Origin: a virus
Taxonomy: Duplodnaviria; Heunggongvirae; Uroviricota; Caudoviricetes
Length of the DNA stretch: 39,841 bases
Strand: one strand, 5' to 3'
Virus record (IMG/VR): IMGVR_UViG_3300042260_000241
The notes under the pieces were generated by a model. That model searched no databases. It saw only the letters and a program-made list of their open reading frames with translations, and was not told the DNA's origin. The position numbers were made by a program, and so were the translations under genes. Each line of letters opens with the position of its first letter. The stretch's first letter is position 1. Of the stretch, positions 33,887 through 39,841 are shown in pieces.

Positions 33887-36277
33887 ATGGCATCACTCAT
33901 TAGAATAAAGCGTTCTGGCACCTCTGGTAATCCGTCAGTTCTTGGTCAAGGCGAATTAGCTTATTCTTCTTTACCAAACGATGATATCAACGGTGGTGAT
34001 AGATTATACGTTGGTGTTGGTACAGAAACTGCTGGTAATGCAGCAGACCACGTAGTTATTGGTGGTAAGTACTTCACTGATCTTCTTGATCACACCCGTG
34101 GTACGCTACAGGCAAGTTCTGCTCTTATAACAGACGCAGATAGTAAGATTGATCAACTTAATGTTGATAATTTAAATCTTAATGGCAATACACTCATTTC
34201 TACCGATACAAATGGCGATATCAACATTACGCCAAATGGAACTGGTTCAACACGTGTTAAAAATCTAATTGCATCTAACGTAACCAATTCAGATCTTACT
34301 GCTGGTCGAATTGTATTTGCTGGTACTGCCGGTATTTTAGACGACGATGCCAATTTCCTTTGGGATGATACAAATAAACAATTAAACATCACTGGTGCTG
34401 CAAAGATTGATAACATTAAGCTTGATGGCAACGTTATCTCTACTACAAACAGTGATGGTAATTTAATACTTCGTCCAATTCAGGTTAATGCAGATACGAC
34501 TGCGTCACAAGCTGTTGTACAAATTGACAACGTTCGTGGTTTAGTAATCCCAGTTGGTACTACTGCACAACGTCCATCAAGCCCAATGCAAGGTTTGATT
34601 CGTTATAATACTTCTATTTCTCAATTTGAAGGTTATAACGGTACAAGTTATATTTCCATTGGTGGCGTTCGTGACGTTGATGGTAATACGTATATTATCC
34701 CTGAACTTTCTCCAGGGTCTAACGAAAATACATTATTCTTCTACACCGATGGTGTTGAAAGAGCAACTCTTTCTACTACACAGTTAAATGTTGACACCAG
34801 CATTACTACATTCTTTAATGCAACAACTGCATCTAGCACTACAACTACTGGTGCAGTACAGGTTGCAGGTGGCGTTGGTGTTGGCGGACAATTAAACGTT
34901 GGCGGTGCAACTAACAAGTTTACGGCAAGCACTGCTTCTACTTCTTCTACAACAGGTGCAGTAGTAGTAACTGGTGGCGTTGGTATTGGTGGAAATCTAA
35001 ATGTTGCAGGAAATGCTGCAATCACCGGTACATTCACTGTAGCATCAGATGGTGCTCCTCAAGCAGTCGATATTGAAGCTTCTACGCTTAATTTACAAGC
35101 TCAACAAGATGCTTCGATTGGTGTAAACACTAATAGTGCATCAACGTATACTCTTACAATTGATGCTCTTAACTCAGGTGTTGGTGGAGCAAACCTCGAT
35201 GTTAATGTTGAATCCGACTTTACATTAGATGCTACAACAGTAAGTATTGATACCACAGATTCTAGCAACTTCTCAATGACTGCAAATAGTTCGTCTACTA
35301 AGACAGTAACTATTGATGCTACGAATGCTGGAAGTGGAACTGCAGGAATCATTATCGGTTCTAATGATACCGATAACGTTACAGTTAACGCAAATGCATC
35401 AACTGGTCTAGTAGATGTTAATGCAAGTCAATTAACGGTTGATGTTCCTAACGTAGACGTTAATTCTTCTACTGTTGACATTATTACATCTGGCGGTGGC
35501 GATGGCGTAACGGTTACAACCGGTACTACACAAGTAAATTCTAATACTGTCAACGTAATTGGTAAAAATGGTACTGCTGATTCTACAGTCAATATCACTG
35601 GTATTCTTAATGTAGATAATATTCGTCTTGATGGTAACACTATCTTTACGACTGATGGATCTAACACATTATACTTAGATCCAGCACCAGCAAATGATAA
35701 TGGCGGTGTAGTTGTCATTAAAGGTGATTTACAAGTCGATGGTACTACAACTACTATTAACTCTACACAAGTTACAATTGACGATCCAATCTTTGTTCTT
35801 GGTGGAGATCAAACACCAACATCCGATGATAACTTAGATCGTGGTATTGAGTTTAAGTGGTACAATGGCGCTGCTAAACTTGGATTCTTCGGTTTTGATG
35901 ATTCTGCAAACGAATTCATCTTCATTCCAGATGCAACAGATACTTCGGGTGTAATTAGTGGAACAAATGGTAATGCAGTATTTGGTAAGTTACGTTTAAC
36001 CGATACGACTGCATCTACAACCACAACAACTGGTGCATTCACAGTTGCAGGCGGTGTTGGTATATCTGGTCAATTGAACGTAGGTGGCGCAACTAATAAA
36101 TTCACTGCTTCTACTGCTTCTACTTCAACAACATCCGGTGCAGTGGTTATAACTGGTGGCGTAGGTATTGGTCAAACAGTTTATGTAGGTGATGATATTG
36201 TTGGTTCTGGTGCTGGTACACTTGCTTCACCAGGATCTGTAATCGATGGATTCATGATTGATGGCGGAACATATTAA
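33887..36277 (+). CDS. long fibre protein with Mtd-N-like attachment domain
   Basis: IRIKRS......P..L.QGELAYS, IPVGTTAQRP, G.IRYNT...QFEGY, repeated TGA..V.GGVGI, ends IDGGTY. Confidence 0.8.
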   Translation: MASLIRIKRSGTSGNPSVLGQGELAYSSLPNDDINGGDRLYVGVGTETAGNAADHVVIGGKYFTDLLDHTRGTLQASSALITDADSKIDQLNVDNLNLNGNTLISTDTNGDINITPNGTGSTRVKNLIASNVTNSDLTAGRIVFAGTAGILDDDANFLWDDTNKQLNITGAAKIDNIKLDGNVISTTNSDGNLILRPIQVNADTTASQAVVQIDNVRGLVIPVGTTAQRPSSPMQGLIRYNTSISQFEGYNGTSYISIGGVRDVDGNTYIIPELSPGSNENTLFFYTDGVERATLSTTQLNVDTSITTFFNATTASSTTTTGAVQVAGGVGVGGQLNVGGATNKFTASTASTSSTTGAVVVTGGVGIGGNLNVAGNAAITGTFTVASDGAPQAVDIEASTLNLQAQQDASIGVNTNSASTYTLTIDALNSGVGGANLDVNVESDFTLDATTVSIDTTDSSNFSMTANSSSTKTVTIDATNAGSGTAGIIIGSNDTDNVTVNANASTGLVDVNASQLTVDVPNVDVNSSTVDIITSGGGDGVTVTTGTTQVNSNTVNVIGKNGTADSTVNITGILNVDNIRLDGNTIFTTDGSNTLYLDPAPANDNGGVVVIKGDLQVDGTTTTINSTQVTIDDPIFVLGGDQTPTSDDNLDRGIEFKWYNGAAKLGFFGFDDSANEFIFIPDATDTSGVISGTNGNAVFGKLRLTDTTASTTTTTGAFTVAGGVGISGQLNVGGATNKFTASTASTSTTSGAVVITGGVGIGQTVYVGDDIVGSGAGTLASPGSVIDGFMIDGGTY
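34820..36172 (+). repeat. internal duplication in the fibre gene (about 34820-34990 and 36005-36172)
   Basis: TTASSTTTTGAVQVAGGVGVGGQLNVGGATNKFTASTASTSSTTGAVVVTGGVGIG versus TTASTTTTTGAFTVAGGVGISGQLNVGGATNKFTASTASTSTTSGAVVITGGVGIG. Confidence 0.85.
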
Positions 36278-36291
36278 TCTAACAATTAGAT

Positions 36292-36299
36292 TATAAATA
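36292..36299 (+). promoter_or_regulatory. T4-type late promoter
   Basis: Perfect intergenic TATAAATA, 50 nt upstream of the next ATG. Confidence 0.7.
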
Positions 36300-36300
36300 T

Positions 36301-36325
36301 AGGGAGAGTTTTTACTCTCCCTTTT
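36301..36325 (+). terminator. rho-independent terminator
   Basis: AGGGAGAGT-TTTT-ACTCTCCCT followed by a pyrimidine/T-rich tract. Confidence 0.75.
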
Positions 36326-36349
36326 CATTTCTCCTTTTTAGGGTTCAGC

Positions 36350-39085
36350 ATGGCAAATAAGATTGTTCTCAAAAAGTCCTCTGTTGTAGGACGCGTACCA
36401 ACTCCCGAAGATTTAGACTATGGCGAACTTGCATTAAATTACGCCGATGGTCGATTATACTATAAAAATAGTAGTAATGCAATTGCGAGTTTAGGCGGCG
36501 CACAAAACTTTGTCGAAATCGATAGACAATCTTATACAGCTGTTGCCGGATACTATACATTTGATATTAAATATTCTCCGCCATATGTTGATGTATATAT
36601 CAACGGTATTCACTTAAGTGACGAAGATTATACTGCGACAAATGGAAGTTCTATTACACTAACTGAACCATGTAATGCTGGTGATCAGGTAGACTTAGTT
36701 GGGTATAGTGGCGGATTGATTAGTGTAGCACCAAAGGCTGATGGTGACTTGCTAGTTTATAATGCAGATCTTCAAATGTGGGAAAACTTTCCACAGTCTG
36801 CAGTCACGGTTGGAAATACTGATAGAGTAGACAATTATCACGCAGATATATCTAACACAGGTGAAACGGTTGTTGTACGAGATGTAAATGAATTCATTAA
36901 CATCAGTGGTATAAACTTAACAACAAATGATGTTTCTGCACCATTGGTTACTACTAGTTGGAATTCAACTGAAGCAACCTGGGACTTTACATTAAAGAAT
37001 GGCGTTACTCTTCAGGCTGGTCAGGAATTACATGTTTATGGTAGAGCGGTAGGTGTTATTCCAAATGGTTCTATTGTTATGTTTGCAGGAGCTCAGGGTG
37101 ATGGCATTCTCATCAAAACTGCTGATGCAACAACACCAGGATTTCATCCAAGTTGGATTGTTGGAGTAGCCACACAAGATCTTGCGAACAACGAATGGGG
37201 TTATATAACGTGGTTTGGTAAAGTAAGAGATATTAATACGTATGGGCATACGCTAGGTGCAATACTGTACTTAGATCCAACATCTCCAGGTGGTCACACA
37301 GACATAGAACCTATAGCACCAAATCCTAAGATTCAAGTTGCTGCAGTTTTACGTGTATCTAATAGTCTTACATCTAATGATGGTATTATTATGGTACGTC
37401 CATCATTTGCGCATAAACTGGGAGAATTGCAAGATGTCTATATTAATGGTGTTACTAATAAAGACGTATTAGTTTATAATGCATCATCTTCTCGTTGGGA
37501 AAATAAGCAACTTACACTTGGTACAGATACTACTGGCAATTATCTTGCAACACTTGCATCTTCAGCGTCAACAATAGCTGTCACAGGTTCTGGAAGTGAA
37601 ACCGCAGCAGTCAATATAGATCTTCCTGCAACAGGTGTTATTGCTGGATCATATGGTACAGCGAGTGCAGTTCCAGTTCTAACAGTTGACATTTATGGTA
37701 GAATTACTTCTGCAAGTACTACCGCAGTAGCTGGTGTTTCTGGCGTAAGTTACAATTCATCTTCAGGTGTATTATCAATTGACACATCTGCTGGTACTAC
37801 ATTTACAGCAGATCTTGGCGTTGGTACTGCAGACAGTCCTTCATTTACAAACCTATCTACAACAGGTGATCTTACAATCGGTGGAAACCTTATTGTAAAT
37901 GGTTCTACTACAACGCTAAATACAGCAACACTTTCTGTAGACGATATTAATATTACTGTTGCAGATGGTGCACCAAATGCTGCTGCAGCGAATGGCGCAG
38001 GTTTAACTGTTGCTGGTGCAAATGCAACTATTACATATACGTCTGCCGATGATCGTTGGAATTTAAATAAGAATCTAAATGTTAGTACAGTGTATGGCGC
38101 GTTAAGTGGCAATGCATCTACTGCTTCTACATTACAAACTGCAAGAACTATTGCGTTATCTGGAGATGTTGTTGGCAGTATTTCATTTAATGGCTCTTCA
38201 GATGTTACTATAGCAACGGCAATACAACCGAATTCAGTTGCTCTTGGAACTGACACTACTGGTAATTACATGCTAAACGTAATTGCTGGTTCTGGTATTG
38301 ACGTAGTACACACACAGAGTGAAGGTTCTACTGCAACAATATCACATTCAGATACATCTTCTGTTACTAATCTTTCAAGTGATAACACTGGCAATACTTT
38401 TATTCAAGATATCGCACTTACGTTTGATACCTTTGGACACGTAACTGGTGCATCAGTTGCTACTGGAACAGTATCAGTTGGTGATGGCACCATGACAGTT
38501 ACTGCTGGAACTGATTTGTCGGGCGGTGGACAAGTTGGTACAGCTAACCAGACTGGCTCAAGTAGCGTAACAGTTAATCACGCAGATATTACTAGAACAA
38601 ATACTACAAGTACTGCATCGCCTGCACGCAATGGATCCTTCACTGTAGTAGATTCGGTTACAACTAATGCAAGAGGACACGTAACTGGTGTTAACACTAA
38701 GACAGTTACACTCCCAGATTTTGAAATTGTAAGTATTAGCAAGTCGCTTACACTATCAACAACTTGGCAGGACACTGGCATTTCTAGTACAGATTTAGCA
38801 ACAGGTTCGTATATGATTCAAATTGAAAGTGTATCTGACAACACTGTTGGTGGTGGTCACTATTCTGAATACTATACTGGTATTATGAGTTGGTATTCTG
38901 GAGCTACTAACTCAACCGTGATTGACGAAGTTGTTCTTCATAGAGCAGGTTATGCGCCAAACTCTGGTATTATTTTCTTAAGAACACAACGCAATAGTGC
39001 GGGTGTATTAAAACTACAGATTGCCGCTAGTACAACAAACACTGGAGCATATACATATAACTTCAAGTTTAGAAGAATGATTTGA
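36350..39085 (+). CDS. long mosaic tail fibre protein
   Basis: I.LKKSSV.G.VP...DL.YGELALNYADGRLYYKN, VDVYING..L...DYTATNG, GSYG....VPV.TVD.YGRITSAS, TARTI.LSGDV.GS..F.GS. Confidence 0.82.
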   Translation: MANKIVLKKSSVVGRVPTPEDLDYGELALNYADGRLYYKNSSNAIASLGGAQNFVEIDRQSYTAVAGYYTFDIKYSPPYVDVYINGIHLSDEDYTATNGSSITLTEPCNAGDQVDLVGYSGGLISVAPKADGDLLVYNADLQMWENFPQSAVTVGNTDRVDNYHADISNTGETVVVRDVNEFINISGINLTTNDVSAPLVTTSWNSTEATWDFTLKNGVTLQAGQELHVYGRAVGVIPNGSIVMFAGAQGDGILIKTADATTPGFHPSWIVGVATQDLANNEWGYITWFGKVRDINTYGHTLGAILYLDPTSPGGHTDIEPIAPNPKIQVAAVLRVSNSLTSNDGIIMVRPSFAHKLGELQDVYINGVTNKDVLVYNASSSRWENKQLTLGTDTTGNYLATLASSASTIAVTGSGSETAAVNIDLPATGVIAGSYGTASAVPVLTVDIYGRITSASTTAVAGVSGVSYNSSSGVLSIDTSAGTTFTADLGVGTADSPSFTNLSTTGDLTIGGNLIVNGSTTTLNTATLSVDDINITVADGAPNAAAANGAGLTVAGANATITYTSADDRWNLNKNLNVSTVYGALSGNASTASTLQTARTIALSGDVVGSISFNGSSDVTIATAIQPNSVALGTDTTGNYMLNVIAGSGIDVVHTQSEGSTATISHSDTSSVTNLSSDNTGNTFIQDIALTFDTFGHVTGASVATGTVSVGDGTMTVTAGTDLSGGGQVGTANQTGSSSVTVNHADITRTNTTSTASPARNGSFTVVDSVTTNARGHVTGVNTKTVTLPDFEIVSISKSLTLSTTWQDTGISSTDLATGSYMIQIESVSDNTVGGGHYSEYYTGIMSWYSGATNSTVIDEVVLHRAGYAPNSGIIFLRTQRNSAGVLKLQIAASTTNTGAYTYNFKFRRMI

Positions 39086-39128
39086 TAAATAAATCAACTA
39101 ACCTCCGATTTATTGGGACGAGGAATCT

Positions 39129-39841
39129 ATGACATTTAAAGTAAAAGAAGGCGTGCAAGTTGGATCTACACTTGCACTAGATGCCAATGGTAAATTGACA
39201 ACAGGTTTGTCAACTGGAAGATCAATCTCTCTATCTGGTGATGTTGCGGGTAGTGCTACCTTTGATGGTACATCTAACATCAATATTTCTACAACAGTAC
39301 AAGCAAACTCGGTAGCACTTGGAACTGACACCACTGGCAATTATATGGTGGATGTAACAGCTGGTACTGGTGTATCAGTTTCACATACACAAGGTGAAGG
39401 TTCGACTGCAACAGTTTCCATTGGTCAAGCAGTCGCAACTACGTCAAACGTAACATTTGCAAATATTAATGCAAGTGGGAACTTAGTTATTGATGGCAAC
39501 TTAACTGTTAATGGTACGACTACAACAATTTCTGCAGCAAACCTTGCTATTGAAGATAACCTCATTTATTTAAATGAAGGATCTACTACTGCTAACCCTG
39601 ATTTAGGTATTACTGGCAACTATAACGATGGCACTTATGCACACGCTGGTGTGTTTAGAGATGCTACAGATAACCGTTGGAAATTCTTTAAAGGTTATAC
39701 ACCAGAACCTAGTACTTCAATCGATACAACACATGCATCTTTTGCGTACGCAGATGTTCAAGCAGCTACCTTTTATGGAGCATTAAGTGGAAATGCATCT
39801 ACTGCGTCTGCATGGCAAACCGCAAGAACACTAAGTTATAC
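39129..39841 (+). CDS. tail fibre protein, truncated by the window end
   Basis: GAGG RBS and ATG 39129; MTFKVKEGVQVGS...RSISLSGDVAGSATFDG...NSVALGTDTTGNYM; no stop seen before the end. GATAAATA at 39084-39091. Confidence 0.8.
   Translation, partial: MTFKVKEGVQVGSTLALDANGKLTTGLSTGRSISLSGDVAGSATFDGTSNINISTTVQANSVALGTDTTGNYMVDVTAGTGVSVSHTQGEGSTATVSIGQAVATTSNVTFANINASGNLVIDGNLTVNGTTTTISAANLAIEDNLIYLNEGSTTANPDLGITGNYNDGTYAHAGVFRDATDNRWKFFKGYTPEPSTSIDTTHASFAYADVQAATFYGALSGNASTASAWQTARTLSY

Noticed and set aside
29547-39340. Many minus-strand ORFs of 60-170 aa opposite the fibre genes (likewise opposite gp32, the tape measure and gp5)
   Set aside because: They are antisense shadows of biased codon usage, with no recognisable motifs.
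29467-39841. Diversity-generating retroelement or invertase shufflon acting on fibres
   Set aside because: No reverse transcriptase or recombinase is in the window. The repeats are direct, in-frame and differ at synonymous sites rather than only at adenines. An element outside the window cannot be excluded.

Overview
About 40 kb of an AT-rich T4-like myovirus genome, with gene order closer to marine/freshwater T4-like phages than to T4 itself. From left to right it contains: the coding piece of an apparently circularly permuted (two-piece) tmRNA, a SleB-type cell-wall hydrolase, a ClpP-like protease, tRNA-Arg(UCU), small genes behind repeated TGTACA-N17-TATAAT promoters, and gp33/gp59/gp32. 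A minus-strand block follows (gp4, gp2, gp54-like, gp16, gp26/gp51, tape measure). A long plus-strand baseplate and fibre block completes the window (gp48, gp53, hub, gp5, PAAR, gp25, gp6, gp7, gp8, a DUF4815/VrlC-like giant protein, and five fibre genes, the last truncated). The strongest unexplained signals are: (1) a candidate -1 ribosomal frameshift fusing gp26 to gp51 directly upstream of the tape-measure gene, as in lambda G/GT; (2) a tmRNA with a ClpXP-type tag close to a phage ClpP; (3) a gp5 spike carrying both a lysozyme and a C-terminal zinc peptidase; (4) promoters with palindromic spacers, some apparently driving leaderless mRNAs. All family assignments come from recalled motifs and synteny; no database search was run.
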